Origin: Chlorokybus atmophyticus
Lineage: Eukaryota; Plantae; Mesostigma and Chlorokybus algae
Reading direction: 5' to 3'
Length of the DNA: 64,000 bases
Assembly (NCBI GenBank): GCA_009103225.1
Contig: RHPI01002973.1
Location: 26,096-90,095 of the forward strand
Below the pieces are notes generated by a model. The model ran no database searches, had not been told where the DNA came from, and was given only the letters and a program-made list of their open reading frames with translations. The translations under genes and the position numbers were made by a program. Position 1 is the stretch's first letter. Each line of letters begins with the position of its first letter. Positions 45,437 to 59,099 of the stretch are shown one piece after another.

Positions 45437-46258
45437 CTAGAACATGGTAAGGGTCTTGTCGGTGATGTAAAGGGTGCGTGCGTCGTGACCCAACTCTTGG
45501 CGATGGAGAGGGGCATCATCCACCCCATATAGGATGGCATCCTCATCCACACGGAACCCGAACCGGTCCCCTCTAATGTGCGCTGGCGTGATCGGCATTC
45601 CGGTTTTGGTATACATAGCTTGGTGCCTAAGTGGGTACCGTGGTGGGGGTACATCTGGCGCGGTGGCCGGCACCGTTATGGACGTGGAGGGTCCAGCATC
45701 TGCTGCAGCAGCAGCGGATATGGACGGCCCTGCCATAGTGATCTCGATGGCACCTATGCTTGCAGCAGCTTCAGTGGTAGCTGTCGCTATGGATGGCTGC
45801 ACCGTGGTGTTAACAGCGGCGATGGTTGCTGCTGATGAGGTTGCTGCAGTGGACTCGGCAGTAAGGACAGTTGATGTTGCAGCAATGGTTGCCGCAAGAC
45901 TTTCACCGACTGCGCTCGTGGCTGCGTGTGTTGCAGCAGCTGTTGTTGGGTCTGCAAGGGCTTTGGCCGATGCAAATGGTGACGCCGAGGCACCAGCAGT
46001 TGCAGCTGGTGAAGAAGCTGTTGTCGCTGCTGTTGTTGTTGCCGTTTGGCCCGCAGAACCAGCTTTGCCACCCGTTGCGGATGGCCTTGCGTCCCCTCGG
46101 GCGCATCGTGGTGGTTGTATGCGAGGAGGCGGGGTGACTTCCTTGCACTTCACTCCCATTGCTGCCCACCGTGCTGTGTAACACGCGCGGTACTCGTTAT
46201 CCCTGCCCTTCAGCACCGCGTGAAGCTCATCCATCCGTGCTATGAGAGCAGCGACCAC
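45437..46258 (-). CDS. Unknown ORF with an Ala/Thr/Ser-rich linker between two non-repetitive segments
   Basis: 273-aa open frame with no recognisable family. Confidence 0.35.
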   Translation of the reverse strand: MVAALIARMDELHAVLKGRDNEYRACYTARWAAMGVKCKEVTPPPRIQPPRCARGDARPSATGGKAGSAGQTATTTAATTASSPAATAGASASPFASAKALADPTTAAATHAATSAVGESLAATIAATSTVLTAESTAATSSAATIAAVNTTVQPSIATATTEAAASIGAIEITMAGPSISAAAAADAGPSTSITVPATAPDVPPPRYPLRHQAMYTKTGMPITPAHIRGDRFGFRVDEDAILYGVDDAPLHRQELGHDARTLYITDKTLTMF

Positions 46259-46499
46259 CTCAGTGTCTTCCGCAGCAGGCGCCTTGTGTGAGGCGTTGCC
46301 TGCCTACCTCATGCAAGGAACTGTATAAGCAGCACTACCTCTCGTAGTGGCTGGTTAACTTGCTCTTGTTGGCATTGGTAGCAGAGCATTCAGCACGCAG
46401 TGCACACAGCACCAAATTGCATCGCATTTTGGCACGATCACATGTGTTTAGCACACAAGTAGGTACAGTCACGGGAGTATTTTTTGCCTTTCGCGCTGT

Positions 46500-47393
46500 G
46501 CAGCTACACCATCAGACATCCTCAAGACTGCCACCAATCCTCATCATGGTAATACAATTGGGCTCGACCCGGAGGAGCACACGACCCTCTCAAGCCCGAC
46601 ACTTTGTTGAAAATTGTGTTGATGATATTGTTCGGAAAACTTCCAACGAGTAAAGTTTTGGTCAATGCGGTATCACATATTGTTCAACAAAGTCATGCAT
46701 CTGACTATGACCACGGTCACACTCCCCGATTTTGGCAGTGATCGATTATGGCGGTGTGCACACGCCACATGTACAACTATATGAGTGCGAATGTAGGTTT
46801 CAGGGAGGCTGGGTTACCAAGTTGTGCACGGCTCTCAACCTTAAACCTGAACCCAATGGACATCCCCCTGCCGGCTGCCTTATGGCTGCTCATGCTGGCG
46901 TTGTTACACAAACCCAATGTTTTCCGTAAGTAATAGCGCCAGGCGTACGGGGTGGCGGTCTGTACCCAAAGCATATTGTGACGGTGACACGTACAGCTGC
47001 AAGTACAACATTGGCGTTTTTGGACATGACAGTGTTCCAGACAGCGCATGGCCTGTGCACTCGGCTGTACTGCAAGCAGGATCTGCCGGTGTACTGAGAC
47101 ATCTCGCGTCACCGGGCACCACTACCCGAATCCAATGTGGCCAGCAGCATCAAGCTAGGAGTGGTGCAGTGCCAGTATGTGCGGTTTGCAAGAGTGTGCA
47201 CATATCGAGTGCACTTCGTACAGGCCATGGTGGACCTCTTAGTGGCCATGCGGGCGGATGGTCACCCTCTGAAACGCATGTTGTAGCCACGTTGCGGCAG
47301 AAGATGCGCAATGACCAGCACATGTACTGCACACCACCGGCCTTCCTGTACAAGATCATCTTCGAGGCCTTCAAGCGTCGCCAAGCAGCATGA
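46500..47393 (+). mobile_element. Decayed Penelope-like element reverse transcriptase (C-terminal part)
   Basis: NVF...RQAYGVAVCT, AFLDMTV...TRLYCK...Y..S.H....SIKLG..Q..RFARVC...F...DGHP match the PLE RT/thumb pattern. Many stops and frameshifts; no GIY-YIG downstream. Confidence 0.65.
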
Positions 47394-48448
47394 AGACTGC
47401 ATGGGGAGCAGACTGCGTGGTAGTGCAGTCTGCCCGTGCGACTGACAGGTTCAGCCAACCCCATCACCCAACCCCATTAGCAGCGCCCAACTGCCGGCAA
47501 CAACACAGCAGCACTGCGCAGTGCAGTGCAAGCAAAGCTGCATTGATGTCAGGGGGAGGGGGAGAGCAGAGGGGCGGGGCAGAGGGGCAGGGCAGTGGGG
47601 CCCTGCCGGACCAGCAACAGCAAGGGTTGCGACTGCAGCAGCGGCGGAGTGAGAGGAGGAGGAGGAAGGAGAGGCAGAGGAGGGGGAGGGGAAGGAAGAG
47701 AGAGAGGTGGTTGAAGGAGGACGAGGGTGACATGGACAGAGGCAAGGAGGAAGAGAGGGAGGGAGGGAGAGCCGTTGCTATGCTGCATGCTGCGTTGCTG
47801 CTGCAACACTACAACCGTTGACTGCCGTCATTGACGCTGCTGCTCGTGCTTGTACAGGTGATTACAATGCGATGCATGCATAACTTGCATGACTTACGGG
47901 GTGGTGGTGTAGGTAGTAATGTAAATAGTGTAGTAGTATAGCCCGGTGGTGGAATAGATGTGAGGGTAACTGCGGACTGCGTGCTGTTCCCACGCGTGTG
48001 ATGAATGACACTATGCATGAGCAATGCCGTAGCGCATTGTGTATATAAGGGGTATGGTACGGTGGCAGCATGCATGTGGACAATGCGAATGGCATGCATC
48101 AGCACAAGCATACACACGCTTTACACATCATATTTAACCACCGGGCTAGTTCTATGGCTGCTTGCTACACTATACCAATGCTAGCCCGCCCCGTTAGACA
48201 TACAAGCATGCATTCAGTTAGTACCTGCTCACATGGGCGCTGGGTACATAATGAGACCGCATAAGAGTGTGAATGACGTAGGTGGATCGCGCATGTGCAT
48301 TGAGCATAGTACTAAGCATAGTACTTGCTTACGTAAGCAAAAGCAAGACACGATTGTGCCAATGCAGTACACTATGCACATGTTGCAACCCAACCTAGTA
48401 TCAGCTAAGATTTCGTTGAGATCAGCGCTCATAAGTCAAGGTGCTGCA

Positions 48449-49569
48449 TCAAAAGACTGGCTCAATGTCTTCACCAGTGCGTGCCAGAAAAATAACATCA
48501 TACTGCCGACATGTGCTTTGGACCGCATCTCTTGCTTTGTCTGAAACACTTTCTGCCATATATGCGACATGAACATTGACATTACCGCGCGACGCTATGA
48601 GATATGTGCGAGCCACTTGAATGAGCTCGTTCACGACCTTCGCGTTATCAGCGTATTGCTGCAGCTCGCCGACGATGAGGTCCGAGCCGCATGTCCCTAC
48701 AAAAGTAACTGTTGCCAACACTGTGTCACCTATTCTAACCTCTCCTCGCATCTCCGGTCTCGGCACCACTTGCGCCCCCAATCGCTGCGAGAAGATGCGC
48801 ACTACCGCTTGTGAAAACTCCGCCTCGCGCCGAGCGGTCAAATGCCGTTGCTCTGCTTCCATGCGTTGAACACGGCCTGCAAGGTCACCTCGTGGAGAAC
48901 GCACATGATACACGACACCCTCTTCCAAAAGATTCAAGTCGCTGAGGCCTGGGCCTTTACCATCCTTAAATAACCCTCTGATGCCATTCGCGGCATACCA
49001 CCTGTTGAAGTTGGCAGCATCAAGGAAGTACAGTTGGTACTCTTGCAGCCCCTTCACTTCCTCCACGTCAAAGATGTCAATGGTCATGTCTACACACGGC
49101 GCATGTCATAAGGCAACAGGGCACATGCTAGAAGGACTCAAAGCAAATGCAATTTAAGAATATTTTATAGGCAATATTCTCACAAACGTCACCTGTTTGG
49201 GGCGTGACAGGAAGAGGAGACATGGGAGGCTCTTCGCTTTGAGAAGATTCTGAGGCATTCGCAGGGTCCCTCATACCCTCATCAGGCCTGCCGCCTGATG
49301 CGCAAACAAGTACACACACACGCATTAGCAATGCAGTTTCAGCGGTTAGCAACAAATCAACAACATACACGCATGTAGTGCACCAACCAACCGTTTGACA
49401 AGTTGGCGCAGAAGGAAATTGCTGTGCGTCTGTGGCGAGGGAAAGCGACTGCATGTTGTAGAGGCCGTGCAGCCTTGTGGATGAACCTTTGACCGGGGTG
49501 CTGACACCCGAAACGGGCGCCGTGCGATGCCACAACCAAGCCAGCCAATGCAGCAGGCATCGAAGCCAT
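48449..49569 (-). CDS. Transit-peptide-like N-terminus plus PD-(D/E)XK-fold protein with degenerate catalytic motifs (paralog A, ~306 aa)
   Basis: Exons 49569-49392, 49294-49193 and 49089-48449 splice in frame (921 nt). TVTF...GELQ replaces EVDF...GEHK. Confidence 0.8.
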
Positions 49570-49829
49570 GCTTCGGACGGCAATGGCTTTGTCCCAAGTG
49601 GCAGACCTGATGAAGAGAAGTGAGAGAGTGCGTTATTGCATTTGATAGACAATACACTTGACTACACACAAGTGCATGCGTGAGACACACGGCCTATGCA
49701 TGCACTACTGTCTTAGCCTAGGAGCAACAAGCAAATGTGAAGGAGTTCTAAGCAATGCCAGAGACAAACGGTGACAGCCAGGACAACTCGCAAGCGTGTG
49801 TGTATATCAAAAGCAGACTCAACAGCAAT

Positions 49830-50830
49830 GCAAGAGCTAGCTATGCTAAAACTGTGTTAGGGTGTGTGCTTACCGGTGGACGGTTGCTGCAGCCAGTGCC
49901 TTCCGCAGCGAAAGGCTCTGAGTCATGACGGTCGCTAGCACACGCTGTGGCCGTTGCTAAGCAGCGCCCAACGCTCTTGTTGCCCCCCTGGATGAAATGC
50001 CAATGCCGCCTGCAACGCAAAGCAGACCATGGTTTGAATGCAAGGACGAGAGTGAGGACCAAGCAGATGTGAGACAGCTCTAAGCAATGCCAGACCTTGG
50101 TGCCGACGATGCGCCAGCGGCTCACGCAACCAAAAGCCTTGCAAGGGGTGTTGAGTGAAGGACAAGGGCTGTCGTGGACGGAGTCGTCGGGGTGCGTACG
50201 CGTAGAAGGCGTAAAGGTGGATGTAGTGGGTTGGGTCTAAGGCGAAAGAAAGAAGAGATGTCGAGCAGGACCTGGGGGTTCACATCCTCCAGCGAGTTGA
50301 ACACCTGCAGGCGATTGTGTGGGCGACTAGCCATGAGTGTGTGCGTGCGTGCGCGTCCACGATTGCATGTGCGTGCAGCTGGCATCTGCGTGCTCATGTG
50401 TGAGCGTGAGTGCGTCAACGCCCGTGTGTCCCAAGCGACTCGTGAGTGCGTTGAGAGATAGTGATGGCCGTGCATCTGCAACGCACCTTGCTTTTGCCAG
50501 CCTTTTCAGCGACGAACACTCTCCCGTCAGGTGCGGACCGCGCGCAAGTTGGCTGTGTGAAAGTGCCGCCGGCAAGTTGGCCTGCCTTGCGATGGGCTGC
50601 GCAATCCAAAAGACAGCCATGACAACTTGCAAGCGTTCGTCACAACGTCATCAAGCAGAGCCAACCGGTAGAGCGGTAAGAGCTAGCTATGCTGCATCTG
50701 CGTTAGGGTGTGTGCTTACTTGTGGGCGGTTGCTGCAGCCAGTGCCTTCCGCAGCGACAGGCTCTGAGTCACGGCGGCCGCTAGCACACACCGTGGCCGT
50801 TGCTAGGCGGCGCCCGACGCCCTCACAGGA
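49830..50830 (-). repeat. Duplicated 5' exon of paralog A (copies at about 49830-49985 and 50675-50825)
   Basis: Two highly similar segments, each ending in the donor GTAAGCACACACC. The proximal copy has an ATG and the distal copy has GTG. Confidence 0.8.
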
Positions 50831-51428
50831 ATGCCACCACCACCACCACCATCACCGCCGCCGCCGCCGCCGCCGCTGCAGCTAAACGCAAAGCAGAGAC
50901 AAGACGGGTGACTGGTCCGGCCCTTGCCCGAGCCCGAAGGGATGTAGGATCCCATTGTAGTACCCCAATTGAAAAGCCGAAACAAAGGACGAATGAATGA
51001 TGTGAGCGGTCCCGAAAGCCTAACTCTGCCAGCGTGGCAGGCCGAGGGTTAGGGCCCCTGTCTGTACCAAAGTACAGCTGTACAGCTTACTACACAGGCG
51101 GTGTTGTTGTGGATGCGCATGTGGGTGTGTAGGGAGCAAACAGGTTGAGGAGGCTGCTGGCTGGCTGGCTGGCCGCTCGTGTCTGAGCGGCGCCGCAAGG
51201 AAGAGGGACAGGGGGGTAGGCTTAGCCTGCTGTGAGCTGTGAGCTTCGAGGCTGGCACAGAGATGGTGAGAGGAGGTACGAGAGAGCGAGAGAGCGAGCG
51301 AGAGCGCGAGAGCAAGAGAGAGGGAGAGGGGGGTAGGCTTAGCCTGCTGTGAGCTGTGAGCTTCGAGGTTGGCACAGAGAGGGTGAGAGGAGGTGCGAGA
51401 GAGCGAGCGAGCGAGCGAGCGAGCGAGC

Positions 51429-51851
<423 letters not shown>

Positions 51852-51882
51852 CGTGGTCGTGGGGATGTTGGGAGCGCTAGCA

Positions 51883-54018
51883 ATGGTTTCTGTGGCAGAG
51901 ACGCGTTGTTACGAGGTGCTGGGCGTGGCCACCGACGCCACGCCGGAGCAGATCAAGAAGGCTTACCACCTGCAGGTACTTGCATGACACTTTGGTTGGT
52001 TTCTTTGGCTGCGTGGGAAATTACACATGAACGGCATCATACGCACATTACATGCACGCAACACAACAACATATAGGATAACCACGCGCATGGCATGCAG
52101 GCGCAAGGTGCACCCGGACAAGAACCCTGGCGACCCTGGCGACAGCTGCCCGCAAGTTCCATGTCAGCGCCAATGTGCTACTTTGATGCACGCGCAAACT
52201 CTGCCCATTTTCAGAGTCCCGTGTGTGGCATGTATACTGCATGTGTGCACGGAGCACTGTGCTGTCATTTCGAAGGTCAGGTGTGAGTGCAATGCAATGT
52301 GCTTGTGTTCCTTTCTTTCGCTGAAGGCGGTCTGGTATGTCATTCTGCGTTGCGCTCGTGTGTGCAGGAGCTGGGGAAAGGGCTTACCAGGTGCGTGCGT
52401 GATGCCCAACAAGCCATTACACCAACTACCCAAAATTACAACAGGCAGGTGTTGTCTGATCCTGCGCAGCGCGACTTGTACAACCGGTCCGGTCGTCAGG
52501 GCGTGTCTGGGCAGCCCATGATGGACCCCGCCGCCGTCTTCGGCATGCTCTTTGGATCAGAACTCGTGGACGATTTTGTCGGACAGGCGAGTGCTGGTGT
52601 GTGTGTGTGGTTGTATGTGGCATCATGTACCGTTCTGCAACATACTCAAGTACATGCTTGTGCTACTCAGCAGTGAACAGGACGTGATGCATACACGTTG
52701 TTGTTGTTGTTGTGGTGGTGGTGGTGGTGGTGATGCTTCCCTCCCCACGTGCAGCTTGCAATGGCGAGCCTTGTCACGCTTGCCATTGACGCGGGCGGGA
52801 GGCAACTCACGCAGCGAGAAGTGCAAGCCAAGATCAAGGTAACAGTCCTTAAGCCCTTGTATGTGTTCTCCCTGATCTGAGTGTCAATGTCACCTGCCTG
52901 TAACGTTGGGTTGTTGTGTGCAGGTTGTGCCGCTGGAGAGGCAGGCGAGGTTGGTTCCCCTCTTCCAGAAGCGCCTGCGGCCATACGTGGAGGGGCACAA
53001 ACCAGGGTTCGTCAACCGGGCCACGAAGGAGGTGGACAGGCTCTCGCAAGCATGTGAGTCGGCAGTGTGGTTGCACAACAATGCATGCATGCATGCATGC
53101 ACTTGTTGCTGGTTACATGCGGGCAGATACCTACCCACATGTGCACATGCACATGCTCGTGGCATGTGTGTGCGCGGTGGTACGCGCAACTCTATGTGCA
53201 CGTTCACTTGAGTGCACAGTTTCACATGCGCATGCTATACATGTTGCTACACACATGCAGGTACCTGCGTCTGTTTGTGCACGACTTGATACCAACACAC
53301 ATCTGTCCCCACGCGTCCCAGCCTTTGGCGAGGCGATGCTCCACATAATCGGTTACGCGTACGAGCGTCGCGCGGCGGCGCACCTGGGCAAGTCGCCTCT
53401 GATGCTGGGCGTGCCGTTCGTCGGGGAGTGGGAAAGGCACAAGGGACACGCGCTCAAGAGCCAACTGGACGCAGTGAGAGGTGAGGGTGCGTGCGTGCGT
53501 GCGTACGCATGCGTACTTGGCTACATATGTGTGCGCAGTCGCGTGTGTGTTTGTTGCTGATGATGAGTGTGCGTATGGATGAGCTTGTGTGCTATGACAT
53601 GCACACGCAGAAAGCACGCACATTCACGCATGCGCAAGGGCGCGCGTACGTGCATGTTCGCTCTGTGCTCTTCAAACATGCTCAGTCCGTAAAAGTCCAA
53701 AAGCACAAGATGAGCGTTTGAGTCGACCCTCTATGCGCAGATGCCGTGGAGCAGAAAGAGGCCGAGCGCCAGTTTGCTGCCTGCACCGCAGCCGAGGCCT
53801 TCTTGCAGCTCTGAACCTCGCTTCCATCTCAGGTGGTGAACTCCCTCTGTCAAACGCACATGGTCGACGTGGAGCAGACCCTCATGGCCGTGGTGGACGC
53901 CCTGCTGGGGGACCGCACCGTCCCCAAAGCCACCACCACAGCGCGAGCCAAGGCGCTGCAGAAGCTGAAGCTGACGGGTGTTCCAGGGGGCGAAGCCAAA
54001 GTTCCAAAGAATGACTGG
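51883..54018 (+). pseudogene. DnaJ-domain + DNAJ-X-domain protein (Djp1/Caj1/ATJ10-like), frameshifted
   Basis: YEVLGV...IKKAY, RKVHPDKNPGDP, VLSDP.QR..Y, MMDPAAVFGMLFGSE, AFGEAMLHIIGYAYER and DVEQTL...ARAKALQKL. Indels occur in exons 2-3 and near the 3' end. Confidence 0.85.
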
Positions 54019-56009
54019 GTGAGTGGGCGTGCGTGCGTACATTTCAGAACTGTCCGTGCGTACACGAATGCTGATGGTTGTTCCCATCTGTCTCTTCCAT
54101 TGTAGTTTGAGATTGGAGGTTCCGCTCCGTGCCAACCTTGGCGTCGAGTTGCTGCAGTAGCCAAGCAGTTGTGGCAGAACTGGGCACATATATGGTCAGT
54201 ACTCAAGCAAGCCCCTGGTTGTGCGGCATGCCTGCACGGATCACCGCAGTTACATGATGAGATTGCGCTGCACAGCATCTCACTCACCATGTGTTTGTAC
54301 TGTACTGTTCACTGTTTGGGATGCATGCTGCTGTGCCATCGTTTCGCTGCGCCGAGTGTGTGATTGCCTGCATGGTGTCTTCTGGCTGGAGCTTTAGAGG
54401 GTTGCTGCTGCAAGTGTCTTGCTGCCGGAGGTTGCGCACCTCTGCCTGCCTCATGTCGAAGGCCTGCTGGTTGCACCGGCCGTCAGCTCGGAAAGTGCCA
54501 GGCATGGTGGCTTTTCATGCTGCGCTAGCTATATGTAGACATAGAGACATTGCTGCTTGCAGTGTGTTCTGTTGTCTGGTGCCTGGGATGGTTGGGTTGG
54601 GTTACATATGTACTGGATCACCACAGGCGGCAGTGGATTGGCATGAGGCCGTCGTGAGGACCCTTTGGGGACCCTGCTCACGTCGCCCGCATGGGCGCCA
54701 CCACATGCATCAGTTAGGCTTATGCAGGGTGACGCGAGTGTCCATCCGTGAGACGCGTATAATCGCCGATGTGCCGCGTTATGGCAGATTCCACACATCA
54801 GCCTTTCCAGCTGTCATACTTCGCTCTGCGCATCACGTCCGTTGAACCAAACAATCTCTACCCTCTATTATCACGGACATGCAAGTGTTGGCTGTCAACG
54901 CTGCACCATGCCCAACCAAACAATGGATGGTGGCGTGCTTGGATGCATGTGCAATTTGAATTGATCAGTACTCTTGCCTGTGTCAACATCAGCTGCAGCA
55001 GCTCAGTTGTACATGATATGGTATTGAAGCCATGATGTTATCATACATACCAACCAGAAGCATACCAACACCATTGCATCTTGGATATGAAGCCCATGGA
55101 TCCATACAAGATGCCCTCTGAAGTGCATGCTTGTGTCGGTTGTTGCCCTTGCTACTGTATGATGGTGCACAGCACCGCGCATACCCTGTACACTAATACT
55201 CAAACAACCTTACTTATCACCTGCAACACGACGTCGCTGGTACAAAAGTATCTCAGTCACAGGTAGATGGGCGTCATCGTGATAGACATGACGTTTCTCC
55301 TAAGGGCAACCTTTCAACACGACCTGGCAATCTTCGTACCCAGCCGTTGACACATCACTTTCAGAAAATTGCTTTTCAAGCAAGCACTTGCTGCTTCTGG
55401 TCCCGTGCTCCAGGAAAATGAATGCTCGAGATGCGGTCAAACCTCGGTGCCCGCCTGCCATGGATTGTGGCGAGCTCGAGACATCGCCACAGTGACAGCT
55501 GGGTAGGGTAAAGCCAGTCACCCGGCTACCTCTGGTCTGGTCTCAGCGGTCTCCATAGAAGCGTGCACGCATGCTCGCGGGTGCTCGAGGTCACACCCAC
55601 CGAGAATTCGAAACCGCCGCAGTGGTGAGTGTTTTGTCCTTGGGTAGAGCCATCTACCCACGGACGCTGGCCAGCTAAGGCCTCGGCGGCCCCTGTATTG
55701 ACCAAGGCGTCCCCTCAAGCAGCAGATCCAGAAAATAGCCTACCATGCATGTATGCATGCACGCACGCACGCACGCACTTATGCATGCATGTCGTGTGGG
55801 GAATGACTCACTCCCACGGTTGGTGGGCTACCGCGTCGCCGGACGGTGACGGTGGCGAGTGGCTTGGTCCCGACATCGCCGCAGTGACAGGTGAGTCACC
55901 AGCGGCGTGTTGTCCTGGGTAGCCTACCCACGTCCGTGTGTCGTTGGCTCGGAGCCAGCCTGGTATCACCCACGAACGTGATGCATATGCATGCTGGTCG
56001 TGTGGGAGA

Positions 56010-56720
56010 CAGTGAGTGGTGCTGGCCGCTTGGCAGGTGGCGGTGGCAAACTCAAGCACGCTCTGCTTTGGGACGGCTACGACCAAGAGCCTGTTCGGAG
56101 CCTGCTCACCGGTAAGCACACACCTTGGGGCACTTGTTGGAGTATGCATGCTTGCTGTCATAAGCACTGCTTCATCACGTTGTTGAAGTCTCCTGCACGC
56201 CATCATGATAGACGCAGTTCAAGCACTGAGTGGTGCTACTGCCCTAGGGTAGCTGGCATGGCTGCTTGCTGCATAGTAGCCGCTACTATGCATGCATGTC
56301 GTGTGGACTGAGTGGTGCTACTGCGTGGCAGGTGGCGGGCCTAAGATCTACAAAGGGCTCTGCGTTGAGACGGCTGCGAGTAGAGCCTGTTCGGAGCCTG
56401 CTCACCAGTAAGCACACACCTTAGGGCACTTGTTAAAGCATGCATGCTTGCTGTCATAAGCACTGAGTGGTGCTACTGCCCTAGGGTAGCTGGCATTGCT
56501 TGCTGCATAGTAGCCGCTACTATGCATGTCGTGTGGAAGAGTCTGAGTGGTGCTACTGCTTGGCAGGTGGGGGGGGCAGGCCGATCGTCAAAGGGCTCTG
56601 CTTGCGCGGCTAACGGCTACAAGCAAAGCCTGTTCGGAGCCAAGCTTACCAGCCTGCTTACCAGTAAGCACACGCCTGAGCGCAACTGTAGCAGGCATGC
56701 TCAACAACTTGCTGAGCACT
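56010..56720 (+). repeat. Three tandem copies of a non-coding 5' exon unit upstream of paralog B
   Basis: Repeated TGGCAG|GTGG...GAGCCTGTTCGGAGCC...ACCR|GTAAGCACAC at about 56030-56125, 56325-56420 and 56560-56675. Confidence 0.8.
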
Positions 56721-57052
56721 GCTTAAAGTCTCCTGCACTGCACCTACGTCTATGTCTATGTCTACGTCTTTGTCTATAGCATGGCATGTCATAGACACAG
56801 ACGCCGTTCATGCATTGAGTACATCAACCGCGTCTATGCCCTGGGCTGGTTGGCATTGCTTGATTGTGTGAACTTGCAGGTTTGCTTATACGCCCAGACA
56901 TTCGTGCATGCGTAGGGCATAGGTCATGCATGCACATCTTTCAACACGCAGGCCTTCAGTCCAAGTGTACTGCCTATCGTTCATGCTAACACACGTCACT
57001 TCCCTTTACCAGGGCCGTGCCACCGCGGGGCAAAGGCATTGTTGTTCGAGGT

Positions 57053-58221
57053 ATGGCTACATATGTGGCGGAGTTGGCTTGTTTGGCATTCGCTGTGGCA
57101 GCGCATGGCGCCCGTTTCAGACGTCTGGTTCCTGGCCAAAGGTCTCCTCAAACAGCTGCCCCGCTTCCATGCCAGTGGCATGCATTGGCGACTTCTCATA
57201 AGAAACGCATCGCCACGTCTCTTTGCGCCGGATCGTCGAATGGTTAGTCAACACATGCTTGCATGTATGTCACTAGTTGCTTGTTGTTACTGGCTTGCAT
57301 TGCTTATGTGTGCGTGCGTATGTTTCAAGATCAGGTGGTAAGCCCGATGAGAGTTCAAGGGACCCTTTCAGTGCCGCATACTTTGATCAAGGCCAGGAGC
57401 TGAGCGCTGCCCCTCCTTCTCAAGCTCGCTTAACCGGTGAGAGACATGGTAACATTGCATGTTGTTTCTTGCATGACAAACGAACAAACATTGCATGTTG
57501 AGTAGTCTCGAATTGTATATGTCTTGTGAAGACTTATGAGTCCCGACAACATATCGTCTGTTATGTTGATGATGTACAATGTGTAGACAAGATGATGTTC
57601 ATCATTGACAAAGAGCAACCGGAGGAGCGGCAAACACAGAAGCTGTGGTTTCGTGATGCCAGACACTTTGACAAGTGGTTTCTCGACAATGGCATGGGAG
57701 CCTTGTTCAAGGACGGTGGAACTCTTGGCATCAGTGCGTTTGAGGCTTTGGAAAATGGAGCCACATACCATCTGCGTGGTCGCAGAGGTAGTCTTCGTCG
57801 CCGCGTCGGCAACTTGTGGGATCGCGCACGAGAGCTGACTCACCGACGAGAAGACGAGTTTGGCAAAGCGGTAGCGCGAGTTTACACGCAGCGGCTTGGG
57901 GCAGAAGTTGTGCCCAAACCAGAATGGCGAAAAACAAAAGAAGGCAAACAGGTTACAGCAGAAGTGGATTTTGCGGGTGAGTGTGGTGAAGCGCTCATTC
58001 TTGGCGAGCACAAACCATCTGTAGGTGGCGACAGCGATGTGCAGGACCTGATCAACAAGGCCGAGCGATATCAAAAGAGTCTGGGTAAACGCTATGTTCA
58101 TTTGGCGTTTATGACTGAGTCTGCTTCAGAAGAACACTGGACTACGCTCAAGGCAAAATGCTGGCAGAAGAACATTCTGTTGCTATACCGCACGGGCCGA
58201 CACATTCAGCCAGTCTTTTGA
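57053..58221 (+). CDS. Transit-peptide-like N-terminus plus PD-(D/E)XK nuclease with intact motifs (paralog B, ~308 aa)
   Basis: Exons 57053-57242, 57335-57436 and 57587-58221 splice in frame (927 nt). The catalytic pattern is E(RREDEF)...EVD(57967)...EHK(58006-58014). Confidence 0.82.
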
Positions 58222-59099
58222 GTAGCCTACTGTAACAGTGTAATGGAGCTGAGAAGTGTGTTGTATAGATTAAAGTGACTGAAACGTGACGTCACAGTGT
58301 AAAGAGATGTCATAACCTGCTTGTTGGACTAGTCATCTAGGTTAAGCACGATGTAAGTATAACATGATTGATTATGAACTCACTAACAATGTGAAAATCA
58401 ACATTTCGTCATATGTAATAGACGAGCCCCATCTCTCTCTTTCACATGCGCACTTATCAACGCACGCGTGCGGCGCACATGCGTCTCCCCAGGGAGGGGC
58501 TCCTCCGCTTTGCGAACACCACCCGGTGGAATAGGATTCCTGCCATTGCACCTCTACGTACCGCACGCCCGCACGCGCGCATGCACGCACGTTTGTGACA
58601 CCTCTGTGTGCTGAAAGTCGCCACCCATGGCCACCTTCTTAGGCTGCATGCTGAGGTGCAAACAGGGCTGCATCACAGTTGTAATCGCTCGAAGACATGT
58701 TGTGGTGAGCAGTATCGATACCGAACAATCATTTCAGGCAAGTTTTGTCTGTTGACAATTTGGGTATTGTTGGCAAACAAGTCTGATCAACTGCAATTAG
58801 AGCACAGAAAACGCTACACAACCCTACAAGGCTATGCAATACTACACGAAACGTGACACTGACGAACATGAGGACTTTCAACAGCCGAAAACATCATTTG
58901 AGAAAATAGCGATCGAGTTGATCCACCCATTGGTCGTGTGCTCATCAAGGCACTGCCTCTCGACAGCATATGTCTGCAAGTTAAGCCGGCAAACCTGCCC
59001 CAAGCATGAAACGAAGTCAGCATACCAGCACTGATGCCTCGGGTTGAGACTATGAATGCATGCGTTTACAATGTGAAGATGCTGTGCTGGCTCAGACTC

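Noticed and set aside
54280-55960. Short ORFs and partial repeats between DnaJ and paralog B
   Set aside because: No recognisable motifs or consistent exon chain.
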